This document shows positions 39,654-55,564 of a stretch of 64,000 nt of DNA, one piece after another. The position numbers and the translations under genes were made by a program. The notes under the pieces were generated by a model that was given only the letters and a program-made list of their open reading frames with translations, searched no databases and had not been told where the DNA came from. The DNA lies in the NCBI RefSeq assembly GCF_009914755.1, contig NC_060937.1; one strand, given 5' to 3'. Each line of letters begins with the position of its first letter. Within the stretch, counting starts at the first letter, position 1. The DNA comes from the human T2T-CHM13v2.0 reference genome, Homo sapiens.

Positions 39654-39920
39654 GTCAGGTGTGGTGGCTCATGCCTGTAATCTCAGCACTTTGGGAGGCT
39701 GAGGTGGGCAGATCACTTGAGGTCAAGAGTTCGAGATCAGCCTGGCCAACATGGCGAAACTTGTAATCCCAGTAAACCTGTAACCTGGAGGCTGAGGAAT
39801 GGGAGTCGCTTGAACCCAGAAGTCAGAGATTGCAGTAAGCCAAGATCGTGCCACTGCACTCCAGCCTGGATGGCAGAGTGAAACTCTGTCTCAAAAAAAT
39901 AAATAAATAAAAATAAAATA
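39654..39920 (+). mobile_element. AluS with internal deletion
   Basis: ggtggctcatgcctgtaatctcagcactttgggagg...gaaactctgtctcaaaaaa; the middle A-rich linker is missing. Confidence 0.88.
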
Positions 39921-40544
39921 ATCATAAAAAATTAAAAAAAATTCTACTCAGAGCTACTAATTTTATGAGATTTAAAAGAGAGGTCTAAAATATATCAATC
40001 AACTTGGTTTAAGCTGATTTTAATTACAATTTTTGTTTGAGTTACATTTTCAAAATGATCAACCTTTAAAATAGAATTTAATTACCACTACATAAAATCT
40101 CCAATAAGATCTAAACTCTAATCAAAGGAAACTACTACCATACCAACAAGGGTGAACTACCACTCTAACCTGATTCTTGTTGGAAGCAGGGATCAAATTG
40201 TAGTTGCAAAAACAATTCTGTATTTTCTTCTACAATCCACGGAGACTAAAAGAACAACATAATATATTATTTTAAAACATCTTTACTTTATAAGATTTTC
40301 TTTGATGGCTTCATCACACTACTTTCCTCCCTTAAACCTTATACCATCTGTAGGAATTTCAAGTCTCTATAACATACCATATAATTTATTCACACCCCAA
40401 CACCTGTCTATACAACGTACTGTAACATGGACATTTAATGCCCCATGCCACTAAATTGCTGATATATATCATCTGTGTTCATAGCATAAAATTTTATACA
40501 TAAAATGGTATATCAATTCAATGCACATTTCACAGTAGTACTCA

Positions 40545-40705
40545 CCCTTTTATGAGAAGCTGACGCCAGGCTGATCTGATAGGAGGGGGAGCTCAGGTGG
40601 TAATTCTCACTGGCATGCTGCTCACCTCCTCTGCTGTGTGGCCTGGTTCCTAACAGGTCTTGGACTGATTACCAGTCTGCAGCCTGGGGGTTGTGGACCT
40701 CTGTA
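40545..40705. mobile_element. MER1 fragment
   Basis: gctgatctgataggagg...ctcacctcctctgctgtgtggcctggttcctaacagg...gggggttgtggacctctg. Confidence 0.75.
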
Positions 40706-40749
40706 TAGATCACTTTATCACATCTCTGTTTACTGATTTTATGTCTTTC

Positions 40750-41729
40750 CCACTGGATAGTGTGGTTGAATTGCCTAAGGGTAAACTCTCCAATATGTAA
40801 TTCTGTCTCCCAACTGTTTGAGGCATGACTTCAGCTATTGCACCATTTTCCTTTTGTATTATCAAATTGTATTAATAATTTTAATGAATATAAAATATGC
40901 TATAATCTCTCCCATTTAAAAAAAACACTATTTTGTTGTTTTATACCACGCCAGATACCACAATATTTCTCTTTCAATGTTTATTTTGAAAGAGTTGTTT
41001 ATCTGTATTCTCCTCAATTCCTCTGCTAACCATTTTCTCTTACAACTTGTCCAGTCAGGATTTTGCTGTCACCCCTCCAGGAATTTGTTTTAGGTCACCA
41101 ATGATCTGCAAATTGCTAAACACAATGGTTAGCTCTCTTAGTCTTCATCTCCTTTGGCCTCTCAGGAAAACACCAGTTTAACAGGATCTTCCTTCTCTCA
41201 TGTGACTTTCAAGATCCATATTCTTGAAATTGTCATCCTATTTTACCCTTACTACCTCTCGATTTCCTGTGTTATTTCTTTTCTTCTATGTAACCATAAA
41301 ACATTGAAATATCCTAGATGGCAGCTATCATATCCTCTTTCTTCTCTCTCTACACACACATTGATGGAGAAAACACCTAGATCACCTTCTATATAATCTC
41401 TAACTGATGAATTAGCCACCATTAGTATATCTAACATCTAATGCATATTTTGTACCTCTAATATGGTGAAACAAAGTTGAATACTGGTTAAATATATTTC
41501 ATATGTGATATATAAGTAATTCACTTTCATGGTTTTAAATATTGTCTGTATGCAAATAATCCTCAATTTGTATGTGTCGCTATAATCTTTTCTTTGTATC
41601 ATAGACCGATATATTCAACTATTTACTACATATTTCTACTTGAAAGTCCATTAGTTATTTCAATGTAACCGTGTTCCCAAACGAATTCTTGATCTTTAAC
41701 ATCAAAACTTTTCTTTTCATTATATCCCC
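40750..41729 (+). mobile_element. L2 fragment; resumes after the provirus at ~50170-50900 and ~51430-51575
   Basis: ggtcaccaatgatctgcaaattgctaaacacaatggt is L2-like; L2 3' end gaataagtgaatgaatg near 51560. Confidence 0.6.
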
Positions 41730-42003
41730 TGTGAAAAATTTTAGAATCAAAATGGAGTAACTCGTGCTGAAAAAAATCCACACCCTGATAAATACAGCTA
41801 GGGAAAGCTATGAAGAGAGAATACTTATGCATACATGCCTGATAACAAAAACTATAAGGAAAGACTGCAAAAAATAAACTTCTACATCCAAAAATTTTAA
41901 AAATGCTTCTACAAGGACATCTGCCCAGCAACTTCCTGCCCAGCCTTGAGCTGGGATCGCCCTTGTAGCAAAAGATAATAATTATCTCAAAACAATTATG
42001 TAA

Positions 42004-42427
<424 letters not shown>

Positions 42428-44204
42428 TGTTATTTTCTTTTAGAGAGACTCTCTCTGTTATTTAGTTGACCTAAACGATGTCCAGTAGTGGAACCAAAAA
42501 AAGTTCATTATTGGAAAGAATCAGTAATTCTTGAAACTGGTGTTGAGTACTCACTTGAGCCCTTTGAACTCTCTGGTTCCATGGCTTGCCTTTTCTGCCC
42601 TGGTGAGACTTCTCAAGCTGAACCTTCCTTTCTTTGGTAGACGCTTTTTCATTTTATTTGGAATTTGTTTAGTTATGAGGCCATCTTTACTAAAGGGCTT
42701 TACTTCCCTCCTGAAATGATAAGAGACTTTTTGTCCTTTTTGGACAAAAGTCCTTTTTAATTAAGTATTTTTCTGATTTGAGTAATTTGGTTTCTATAGG
42801 ATTTACATTTGTCTCTGAGGCTTAGCTTTTCCGGTGAATTTCCTTTTGGTTCTTTCTGCGCATTTAATTTAATATTTTGTTGTATCTGCATGCCTGGGTT
42901 AATATTTTGTGAACAATCTTATTTTGGTTTTATTTTGTTTTAGTTATGCACGTCTGTAAATGGTTTAGCTCTTTTCCCTGGCTTGTTTTTGAAAATATTC
43001 TCAGAGGAAAAATAAACATCCAAAATAATGGGTGCAGGACGGCTAATTAAAAGCCACTAAAGCAGTCATCACCATTTCAAAAACTAGTTCAAACTCCTGA
43101 CATTCTCTGACAGGATGTATAGGCCTTTGCTCTTGAGAAATTAATAAGAAATCGAATAGGATTCTCAAACCTTAAAGCATGTCAAGGTTTTCTGAGAATA
43201 CACTTGGCTATATTATGACCCACATTTGTGTACATTTTTTTAACTGCTGGGAAAATTACATCAACACAAACTTAGAGTTCATTTGGTTATTATTTAAACT
43301 ATCTAAAAATAACTTGCAACTGTAAAGTTAGCATGTAGAGTATATGATTCTGTATTGCTCTAGTTTTTCTGCTGCCCACTTTGAATCTGCTTCAGACTTT
43401 TCTACTGGTGTGGAGATAAAACTCACTACCAATGGCATTCTAGTCAAGACTATTTTTTAAAGTTTTAAAGAATTTTCAAATATGACTTTACAAATTACAA
43501 CAGCTACATGGCAACCAACAACCTAGATACCTTTTGGAAATGTAAATTTAGGTTTTTCTAACTAACAATTGTTTAGGTGATGGAACAGTTAATTGAATGA
43601 TTGATAGTCTAAAAGGAAAGAACTAGGTAAATGATACATGTTTATAGAATTTAGACTCTTAAATGACACAGGTCAAAATTTTGAACTCAGAGAACTAACA
43701 TAAGATATCGCTGTCCAGTATAAAATTCCTTTTTCTGCCATGAAGGAGACAAAAAGAAAAATATGAAACAAATCCTACTAAAGTGCTTGCCCACCTGCAT
43801 TGACTAGTCAAGCAAACTAGACCAACAAACAAAAGATAATTTTGTTACTACAAATTCAAGATAATTTGGAGATTTTATTTTTTAAAAATGTACAAATCAG
43901 CCAGTCCTAGTTAAAATGTAAACATTGAAAGCTTAACCTTAAACTTATTTGAAACTGAGAAATGTTATTTTAAAACCAAAGTGCTATGGTTTACTCAAAC
44001 TGCTATACCCAAAATTTTGGTTCACAGTCTTCATTAGATTACATAGTAGGGAAAATAGCTCTGTGAACAGGCCTCATTTTATCAGAAATGTAATTTGGAT
44101 TCAAGTGTATTTTATATGCAAGAGAGTTGTATTACTACGCCTTGACTAAAATTCTAAATGGAAAGCTACAAGATCTTCGTGTGTGTATATATGTGTTTAG
44201 GTCT

Positions 44205-44626
44205 TGATATGGTTTGGATCTGTGTCTCCACCAAATCTCATCTTGAATTGTAATTCCCAAAGTGGGAGGTGAGGCCTGGTGGGAGGCGATTGGATCATGA
44301 GGGCAGTTTCTCACGAATGGTTTAATACCATTTCCCTTGTTACTGTCCTTGCAATAGTGAGTGAGTTCTCATGAGATCTGGTTGTTTAAAAGTGTGTAGC
44401 ACCTCCTGCTTCTCTTCCTATTCCTCCTCCTTAGCCATGTAAAGTGCTGGTTTCCTTGTGGACTTCCGCCATGATTGTAAGTTTCCTGAGGCCTCCCCAG
44501 AAGCCAGGCAGATGTCATCAAGCTTTCTGTACAGCTTGAAGAATTGTGAGCCAATTAAAGCTCTTTTCTTTATAAATTACCCAGTCTCAGGTATTTTTTA
44601 TAGCAGTGCAAGAACAGCCTAATACA
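44205..44626 (+). mobile_element. MaLR solo LTR (MSTA type) nested in the provirus
   Basis: tgatatggtttggatctgtgtctccaccaaatctc...aaattacccagtctcaggt...gcctaataca. Confidence 0.9.
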
Positions 44627-44924
44627 GGTGTGTTTACATCTATGTGCATATTTCATTGTGTATTGTGTCTACGTAGTAGAATCTAGCATAGACATTCAGA
44701 ATTCCCTAAACATGGTTTATGCAGCTTGGATTACATAAAAGAATGTTCATATAAAATATATAGTAATTAACTCAACTTTCTTTTAGTTTACATGAATTAA
44801 GTAAATCTTTGATAAATAAACTTGTTGTAATGTAGTCAGTAACATAAAAATAGAAATGTCTTCAAAATTGTCAGCATGCATTTTTGTATAGGTTTACTTA
44901 TTGGTCAGGCAATTTTGGGGTTTT

Positions 44925-45056
44925 ATTTTGTTTTTTAAGTGGTAAGGTATTGCTATATTGCCCAGGCTAGCCTTGAACTCCTGGGCTCAAGCAATCCTAC
45001 CATCTCAGACCACTGAGTAGCTGGGACTACTGGCATGCACCACCATGCCCATCTAG
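44925..45056 (-). mobile_element. FLAM/Alu monomer
   Basis: ttgcccaggctagccttgaactcctgggctcaagcaatcc. Confidence 0.8.
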
Positions 45057-46557
45057 ACAGTTTTATGTTTTTCTCATTAGATGTTTAAAGGTGTCAGGAT
45101 TTGACACAAAGTTTATAAAACTACAAACCTAGGCTAAACCAGAATGATCTTTATTTGTGCAGTTCTTTAATAATCTAATATTGTTGATTTAATGAAAACA
45201 GGTGGATCATCAGAGTTGTTGGCAGAATATGTACATATTTAAGATTCCTATTTAGTTGAACAACTTATATTCCATAGATTATAAAAATGGTTAACAAAAA
45301 CGTAATGAAATGATGAGTAGTTTTGTCTAATATCTCAGTTTTATAAGTAGTCTAGGCATAATTGTTAAAAATTAAATTAGGTAAATGTAAATAAGATAAA
45401 TGTTTACAAATTAACTTTCCATGTATTGTGAAGTCTTAAAGCTATACTAAATTAAATAATAGATACTCATTAAATGTTTGGGCCATTTTCAATTAAGATA
45501 AAAATGCTGAAACAATTTGTTAAACACAAATATGTTTGTGCTTAGCTTCTTAAATTTTAGAAAAAGACTACATTTATTTGAGTCTATTAATACCATAAAA
45601 ATTGTGTTATGAAGAAATATTATTTTAAAACTTATAAAATGGTTCTCATCTATAAAATACTAATATGTGATGGTTCAAAATTAGTTGCTTTCTAGGTTTT
45701 CGCTGGAAATTAAGGTTACTAAGAGTTATTATATATAATCCCATATACGAAGTATATCGAAAAAGAGCTTTTGATGACAAAAATTATGAGAGAGAAATAA
45801 AAATTTATTCTTTATTGAGGAAAAATAATAATTTTGACTAAATTTAAATGCTATTAAATGCTGTTTCAAAATATAAAATTAGGCAAGAAATAGGAACCTA
45901 ATAGAAAGAAAGGCACTAGTAAGTAGGAGAGACAGATGTTAAGCAAGTCATGAGTACAAAAATGTTATATTTGACTAGTAAGATTAATAAGAAAAGAGTA
46001 AAATTTTGTATGAGGAAAAAATCTTATGTGGTACATTTTTGTCCTAAAGTAAAATGACTAGTTATTTAAGAATAAGGAAGTATAGGACATAGAAGAAAGT
46101 ATAAACATGATGTCAAAAGTCTCAGTAGGTTGTAAAAAGGTTGGTGAAGGATGAATTTATAAAAATAATTTGTGTGTGATCAAGTTGGTTATAATAGGAG
46201 GGAATTATTTCTAATTCTTTCTAAATATTTGAGCTTTTATGTCAAAAATACACATACAAAACTAAAAATATGGTCCCCTACATTAGAACAACAAGTTTTT
46301 CTTAAAGTATTGATTTGCTCTTAGTACATGTTACAAGAAGTTTTAATTTTTAATTCTGAAAATTTTTTTGGCCTGCCATCTTCTAACCTGCAGACAGTTT
46401 CTATTTTTGCCATATTTCTTCCTGAGATCAATTTAATTTTTCTAGTTTCAGTTTAGAAATGCTGTCTTTTCATTCAAAATAAAATAGTAATTCAATGTTT
46501 TGAGGTAGACTTTTCCTCTTATAGTTCCTCAAATTCATATTTCAGAAGTTCAAATTT

Positions 46558-47045
46558 GGAACATAAATCATTCTATCATAAAGACACATGCATGCATATG
46601 TTCATTTCAATGCTATTCACAATAGCAAAGACATGAGAGCAATATAATTGCCATCAGTGGTAGGCTGAACAAAGAAAATGTGCTACATATACACCATGGA
46701 ATACTATGCAGCCATAAAGAACAATATCATATCCGTTGTAGGAACATGGATGGAGCTGGAGGCCATTATCCTTAGCAAACAAATACAAGAATAGAAAACC
46801 AAATACTGCCTGTTCTCACTTATAAGCAGGAGCTAAATGATGAGAGCAAATGGAAAGATAGAGGGGAACAACATACACTGGGGTGTATGTGAGGGTGAAG
46901 GGTGGAGGAGGGAGAAGAACAGAAAAAATAACTATTGAGTACTGGGTGGTGAAATAATCTGTAAAACAAACCCCCTGTGACACAAGCTTACCTTACCTTT
47001 ATAACAAACCTACACACGTACCCCTGAACCTAAAATAAAATAAAA
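46558..47045 (+). mobile_element. L1PA (old, about PA13-16) 3' end nested in the provirus
   Basis: caccatggaatactatgcagccata...cccctgaacctaaaataaaa. Confidence 0.88.
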
Positions 47046-50000
47046 GAAGTTCTACTTTGGCAGTATTTTGTAGTATATGATTTGTAAGTCATGCATCATT
47101 TTCTTCAGGTATTTTTCTCCTTGAGAAGTTCTGTGATAATAACTCACTTTGAACTTTTTCATCTGCTTATGTAGCATTTCTCCCCCTGGTTCTAACTAAA
47201 ATGTCATTACCTACCACTGAGATGTTTGTTTTAAAGGAATAGAAAAGCAATGTTTTCCTACAGTATAACTTGATTCTGTATGCTTGGCTTTTCTGGATAT
47301 GTCTGAATTCTTCTGTGTAACCAGAAGATTTCACATACTTTTACTTTTTTTCAGAGCCATATATTCCCTTGCTCAAGGAAATGGTTTTCTTATTTATATT
47401 TCTTTAAGTTGTGGTATATACTTACAACCTTGGACACATTCTTCCCATGTCTAGACAAATTCAAGTACCTTTCTTTAGGCTTAACCTCAAAGTAATCTAA
47501 ATGAGCTTTCTACAAGGGAAAGCAATCGCACTGCAGGAAGTTTTTCTTTACATTTGATAACTCGTGTAAAAAACACAGATTTTACATTTTATCAAGATAA
47601 TTTTTGGTGTTGCATTTATTCATTTTTTATTGTTTAGGAAAACTGAGCTTTGAAAAGTTTAATTATTTTTTACATTTGTGTAGCTTTCTTTTGAAAGACT
47701 GTTGGAGACTTTTGATTATCACTTTTGTTAAATGAATGATTTATTTCACCAATGACTATTGTTTCACAATGACTTTTGCTAAATAAATGACTGTTATTTT
47801 ACATTGATCTGTAATCTTGTTTTGTTCAAGTTTTTCAAACCTTTTGACATTCTGAAAATCTTCCTTAGGATCAAAATTCTAATTAAATCTTTCTGATCTA
47901 TAACTAACTTTGGTATTTTTTAGTTGGACATTATCTTTGGAGATATTAAAGAATTTGGCTTCTTTGGTAAGTCATATGGTTAACATTGTCAAATGATGAG
48001 TGATATTAAATCTTCTTTTAATGCATGTAAGGGCTTTTCATTTATATAAATATTCCAAAATTATATGAAACTCTTAGATATATATTTCAGCAGTTATACC
48101 TCTGAATACTGTTGTAGCCACAAAAATAACTAAGTTTCCTTGTCAGTTGCTGATAATAAACTTTCATCATGTTTTTTACAATAATTATTCTAAGTTTTTG
48201 TCATTTGTACTTATTACATTGAGTTCTTCTCTGAAGGTGTTTACAATCAGATTCATTGAAATGATGCTAACAAGCACTCTTGAATACAGATTTCTCATAA
48301 CTTTAAGATCAATTGACTAAATAATTTTTTCAAAATTCTAATGGAAAAACAGGGTTCATAAAACTGCTAATCAAGGTAAAGTAGAAAAACATTTACAAGA
48401 GATTAAATAACTGATGATGATACTGTTTTTATGAGTTTTAGTTAAAGCGCTGTTGGTTCTTTACTTAAATTTTTTGTTTCCCAGATTTAAGAAAATGTTC
48501 TTTAATAGCTATCTATAGTTTATGCAACTTGGTATAACTTCTGTAAACAAAGATCAAAGAATTGTTTTTTCTTTCTGCTTGATTTCTACAAAATGCAGAA
48601 ATTATTTGTCAGTATTCTTGTTTTATATGGCAATATGGTTATTTGTATAAGTTCACTAAAGTTAACTCTCTCTTTATAGCAGGTACAATTGGAAACATTG
48701 ATTATGCTACCAACACTTTGACTGAAATATAGCGCTTGAGAATGTGCATGCAATATCTGGTTTCAAGGGCTCTCAGCCTTACAGTCAGTAAAAGTTGTCA
48801 CTTTCTAATAGGCCCAGGAACCTTGAGACTATAAGTAAAATCTAAATTCTGCCTTGGTTTGGCTTGCTAGCATCCAGATGTTTTCAAATATGAGATTTCT
48901 ATGTGATCAATGTAGGTAAGTTTTCAAAAGAGAAAGTATAATATACCTGATTGTATATAGAATGTAGCTCTGAGCATTCTTTTTGAGTTCTTGTTATTTA
49001 CCTATACACTAGAATACATAGTGAATTATTCTAGATTCCTGCAACCCAACTTTATTTCATAAAATTACTAAAAATGGGAACTTCTTTGTTCCTGAAGATC
49101 TATAAGTTGAAACAAGATAAATTTTAAGGAAGAAGTCTCATGTTTGATGTGTGGACAACACAAAATTCACCAAACTGCTCAATGCCTTAACCAGAGACAA
49201 TAAAACTTCAACCCTGGATGAGAGAATGATATTTCCACGCTGAAAACAGCTATTACCAAGATGTCAGAACAGGACTCCATACTGAAACTCTTATCCCTCT
49301 TAATGCCTATCTTTTTTTTTTTTTTAATTGGCGGCTTTTAAGTTGAGGTATATGGCTCAAAACTATTGTGTAAATTGGAATTGTCATATTACTAAGTTTA
49401 ACTTCATATTTTCTGTTTTTAAACTTTGCACCTGTTACTTGTTAATTTTTTGCAGAAGTGTAACTCCTGACAAAATAATGTTGGTCCAGCACATTGAGAT
49501 AACAAAAGGCTACAACATATAAAAATAAAACTAAATAATAAACTCTCATCAGACTTTTCCTGACAGCCATTCTCTTCACACCTCCCTTGTTTGTCAAATG
49601 CGGCTAAAATGGTTTTAACACTGACTCCTAGCTGCCATTCACTCTCTCTAACAGGACCAGGTAAGCAACCTGGGATAGGTCCATCCTGGCACCAAGAGTC
49701 CTCAAAACCTAATTACAGAATGATGAATCAGTTATGCTTTCAGAGAAAGATCTTGATCAAAAGTGGAAAATGAGAAAGTAGTCAGAATTAACATGGAGTC
49801 ACTTGTGTTAGAAAAAAACCAAAACTGACAGTCAGGGAAGGCTGTAAGTATAGGCTTCTCATGCATACATGTGTGATAGCAAAAAGTATCACAAGACTGC
49901 AAATACTGCAACCTTGCATAAATTTCATCACTCTTACCCAAAAATTACTTCTGCAAAGACATGTGCCAAGCAACTGCCTGTCCAGCTTAATTATCTCTAA

Positions 50001-50909
50001 ACAATTATGAATTATCTTCATTTTACCTTTAAAAACACTTTGTCGTCCTTTACTTCCCTGAATATGCACATAGTTTACTATGGCACACATATTCCCATTG
50101 CAATGTCCTATTCCCAAATAAATATCATTTTCTTTTAGACAGCCTCTCTGTGTTTATTTTGCTTGACATCCTAAAGTAGAAAATTCCAAGTATATCTTCT
50201 CTGTTATTTGAGCCAAAAAAAAAACTTAGATTAAACAGACTTTTCTGATTCTATTCTATTCTATCTACTTTGTTGGCAAAATTTGTTGGCTTGACCTTCA
50301 AAAGGAAAATAGAATCTGAATCTTCCCACCATCTCGGTCATACTATTCAGATCCAAGTTACTATCACCTGCAACGTGATTAAGCAAGAGACTTCAAACTA
50401 GCCTCATTGCTCCCAAACTTTTTCTCCTATAATCTATTCTGAAATATATCTCTTGAACAGAATTTAGAAATTGCTATGTTAAAATTACCCAGTGACTTCC
50501 CATATTCTTTAAATCAAAAGCCCAAATTCCACAATGTATTAAGTGATCTACACTTCTCATACTCCATTACCACATTGCCTGCAATATCTATTACCTTCCT
50601 GTATTTTCACTGAATTCTACCTTATTGGCTTCCTTACTGTGCTTGAACATGTCCGGTATCTAGCTGCATCAGAGCCTTTCCATTTCCTGTTATTACTGCT
50701 TGTTTCACTTCTAATGAGAATATACATGCCTCTCGTTCCTTTCTCTCATTTATATTTTTGCAAAAATATTACATTTAGAGCTTTTCAAGTCCTCCTATTT
50801 TGAAATAGTGCCTTCTTCCCACACTACGACCTTTTATCTTCCTTTCTTGTTTTTAAATTTTGCCAAAACACTAACTCGCATCTAACAATCATTATGCTAT
50901 ACTTATTAG

Positions 50910-51425
50910 TTGTGTGATAGGAAGAGTCATAATGATCCAAAGATGTCCATGTGTTATTCCCTGGAATGTGAGAATGTGTTAAGTTGTATGATGAGGCAAA
51001 ATTAAGATTGTGGATGGACCTAAGGCTGTCAATCAGCCGACATTAAAATAAAGAGTGTACCCTGAATTTTGTGGGTGGGCCGAATACAATCACAAGGGTC
51101 TTTTACAAGCAAAAAGGGAAGGCACAAGTGTTAAGATGTCAGAGTGATGCAACGTGTAAAAGATTAAATTGAATGTTGCTGGGTTTGAAGATGAAAGGGG
51201 GACATAATCCAGTGAATGTGAACAGCTTTCCTGTTAGAAGCTGGAAATGGCAAGATAATTGATTTTGCCCTGGGATTCTGAAAAACAATGCCTTACAGCC
51301 AGTGTTTTTATTTGAACTCAATGAGACCTCAGTTGGAATTATAAGCTCCAAAACTGTAAATTAATAAAAGTTTTGTTCTAAAATAATTGGTGTTAGTTTT
51401 TATAGTATCAATAGGAAACTAATGC
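50910..51425 (+). mobile_element. MLT1 (MaLR) LTR
   Basis: ccaaagatgtccatgtg...gggtgggccgaatacaatcacaagggtc...tagaagctggaaatggcaag...ataggaaactaat. Confidence 0.75.
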
Positions 51426-52096
51426 TATGTATTTTGTATCTCCTACTAGAAATATAATTTCCAACACACAGCTTTTTTGTGTTTTGCTTACTGCTATATC
51501 TTTAGAATTTACAACAGTCTGTAGCATATTGTAGCTTCTCATAAAAAGTATTTTTAATGAATAAGTGAATGAATGCAAATAAAGGTAAAAATTCTGGGTA
51601 AAAACATCTAGGAAAAATATAGGAAGATAAATCCATCACAATAATAAAAGATTTATCCCCTTATTCTTATCTAAAAACCTGTCTTCTTTATCCTACGGGC
51701 AATTAATTTGTTAACTTTACCCTTCTGCCATATGTGCTAGAATAAAATTTGAACAACTGCAGCAAGAGAACCTATTAGAAAAAGATACATTTTTCTGTTA
51801 TTTTCTGTCCTTATATCTTTTTAATGCTTTCTTTTTGTTTTGATAATTTATTTGAACTTGTGGCAGGCTTTCGCTTCCTGTCCTTTCTCTAGACTCGCTC
51901 AAAAACTTCTTGTCCCTTTCCCGCTCTTTAAACCAAGACAAATCATTATCTATGAAATTTCCTCAGGGTTTTTCTCCTATTTCAGGACATAAATCCTAAT
52001 AATGTATTTTCTATTGTCCTTTTAATATGTTCCTTCATGTTCTGACCTCATGTCAATTCTACTCTTTGCCCTTACAGTTAAGAAAACAGAGCTTAG

Positions 52097-52424
<328 letters not shown>

Positions 52425-55016
52425 TTACTTTTTCTCTTAAGGTGACCAGATTTCCTGTTTTTTCCTAGAACTGGTGGAGGGAAGGATTCATCATGTAGGA
52501 CTTTTCCTTTCAAAACACGGATATTCCAATTGTTTCAAGAAATACATCTCGATTTATCTAGGACTAAGAGGATTCCGAGGATGCAGGAATTTTAGTGCTA
52601 AAACTAAGAAAGACCCTAGGGATATGAGGATGAGCAGTTCACTCAACTTCATCCACAAGAGCTTCAAAACTGACTTGTTCTGAAGTAGCTAATGAAAAAT
52701 AATTCTACGTATCTCTGAATGAGTTTCTATATAATTAAACCAATCACTGATTTTATGACATGGCTACTAATTTTTGATATCCATATTGTGTATCCCTGAA
52801 ATGTATACCCACTATATAGCAAAGGAAGTGGATTGGATAATTTGTTGGACTACAAGTTGAGAACCCAAGGTTTCTGTCACTATGTAATTCTTCACCTAGA
52901 TAAAGGAACTTTCTTCAAATGTCAGATGGGGACAATAATTTCTGCATAACTTGCCCATTGGGTTGTTAACGGTGTCAAGTAATATAACTATATAAAGAGA
53001 ATATGGAGGCATAAATACTTGAATAAAAGCAATTTTGAAAATTTAATTGAATAAAAGCAATTTTGAAAAGTTAATTTTGAAAATTAACTTGACACTGGCA
53101 GTTTATTTTCTATTATTATCTCTTGAGCCAAGTATAAATAGGCTTTCTTGCCAATTACCAATCTCTCTAGGAAAGGGCAATACCTTCAGTATTAATGCTT
53201 CAACATAGTGCTGGGCATACCACCAATACTTAATTTAACATAATCTAGTAGTAACACAATCTAATATAAGTATGTTCAAGATTCACTTCATAACAGTTAT
53301 GAGACTACTCAACATATTTGCAATCACATTTTTGTGCCTGAGGGAAACAATGAATCTTAGAGAGATAGCTCATACTAGCCTCGCACTGTTAAATTTTATG
53401 TAACGTTTACCTTATATTTGTCAATATAAGACAATAATCTGTGAAAACATTTTTCAAATGGGTTAACTTTTCTTAATATTATGAAATTATATATGAACAT
53501 TATGTTAGCAATAATATATTGATAATATACTACTAAATGTGTTGAAATGTGTGCCTATAAAACTGAGCCAACATTTCAATTGTCTCCATATCTTTATTTT
53601 CCTTCACCTGTGCAGTGTATTTCATTGTAAATGTTCTCCTTACACTATTCACAGTGAGTTTTTAAATAGGGATATTAAAATGTAATTACTATATGAGTCT
53701 ACAGTTATTTTTCAGCCTCTTTTTAATACAATTGACATTTTAAGCTGGATTACAATTAATCTCTTTTCTCCTTAATCCTTATGTATTTTTAAGTAGTCTT
53801 AATTAAGAAACATTTTTAATCATTCTTAAACACTTTTAAACAGTATTAATCAACCCTAAACAGTCTTAATCATGTTTGTGTTTTAAGGATTTATACAGAT
53901 AGTGATAAACATAGTATCTATGCCTGATTTGCTATTTTAGTATCTAATTATTTTATGTCTATAGTTCATCTACTATTCACTTTTTATATAAAATAACAAC
54001 TGATATGTTCCATGTATAAGAAATCAACATTCAAAAGGATATTTTTCAATTACACAAATAATTTTTGTAGTATACTATCAAAATCCTCTCAGGTGGTTAG
54101 TTTTCTGCTTATATTAATGTTACATTAATCTTCATTGGTAAAGCCATTTTGCCATTCTTTACAAAATTAACTTTCAGTTGTGGAATAAGAAGTAATGATT
54201 GTAAATAAGATACCAGGCAGTGTGTATGTTTGAGAGGGGATGTAAAAAGAAACTATTGGTATCCTTTTTTACCGTTTTTACACTGAGTATAATGTGTATT
54301 TTTATGAGGTCAAAATTTCTTGCAGATCTGAGACTATAATTATGTTTAATTAAAAGTTGAGTGCTAAAAGCAATAATTCTGTAAATTTTTTGAATATTAT
54401 TTTAGATAATCTTTATACATGTATCCATAAAGCTTAAAATTAGTTGTTTAATTTTTAACTATAAACATAATTATTAAAGTTAAACCTGGAACATTAGGAA
54501 ATTTAGAAACTCTTGTTTCTTAATAAGAGTTAAACTGTGAGAAACAAATTCTCATATACTCTGCTATAAATAATGATTGATTCATAGAATTATTATCGGT
54601 ACAAAATGAACATTTGCATTTGTATTTTATTTTATACAGAAAATATTTTTGAAAGTCCACATTTGTGTTTCAATATAAGATATTTACAAAAGTGAATAAG
54701 GAAACAGTTCTTAAATTTAATTTGACTTAGTCCTATAATAAAATAATTATAATCCAATTTTTAAATAAACTGACAACCTTTTAGATGGATAATTAAATTT
54801 TAGCAATAGTTTAAGAATATTTCTTATGTTATTTAATGTTATTAAATGACATATGAGGCAAAATGACAGTTATAATACTTAAGTCTTATTCTATTCTTGA
54901 GGAATGTATTTTATTTACTCTTGCTTTAAAAGTTTATGATTCCAATTAAAATTGACATACCAATGAATATGAAATATTTTTAAAGTATCCTCACAAGGTA
55001 ACTGATGGTATTAGGC

Positions 55017-55057
<41 letters not shown>

Positions 55058-55060
55058 TAA
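55017..55060. repeat. (AAT)n microsatellite
   Basis: ~14 units with one interruption. Confidence 0.9.
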
Positions 55061-55062
55061 TG

Positions 55063-55410
55063 TGTTATACTGTGCTCTGAATTTGTATCCCCAAAATTCA
55101 TATGTTAAAATACTAACCACTATGATGAAAGGTGAGGCCTTTGAGAAGTAATTAGCTTGAACCCTAATTTTGGGGATTAATGCTCTTATAAAAGAGACTC
55201 CAAACAGCTAGTGTGCCTCTTCCACTGTGTGAAGACACAGCAGGAATACATCTTTTATGAGTTAGGAAACAGGCCATCACTAGAAACCAAATCTGCTTGT
55301 GCATTAATATTGGGCTTCTCAGCTTCCGGAACTGTGAGAAATAAATTTTCATTGTTTATAAGCCACACAGTTTACGGCATCTTATTATAGCAGCCTGAAT
55401 GCACTAAAAC
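55063..55410 (+). mobile_element. MLT1A-type MaLR LTR
   Basis: ccccaaaattcatatgttaaaa...gaactgtgagaaataaattttcattgtttataagccac. Confidence 0.8.
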
Positions 55411-55564
55411 ATGTTATAAGGTTTATAAGACTGAATAAGTAAATGTATGACAAAGGTAGCATAAAGCCTAGGAGAGGGGAAAGAGAAGTATACAATTATA
55501 GATATCTTATACTGTAGATGAAGTTGAATATTACTTGAAGGTATTCTATGATAAGCTAAAGATG

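Noticed and set aside
53019-53087. 28-bp tandem duplication (ttgaataaaagcaattttgaaaa.ttaa); also a ~16-bp repeat at 23820-23890
   Set aside because: Ordinary slippage duplications with no further structure.
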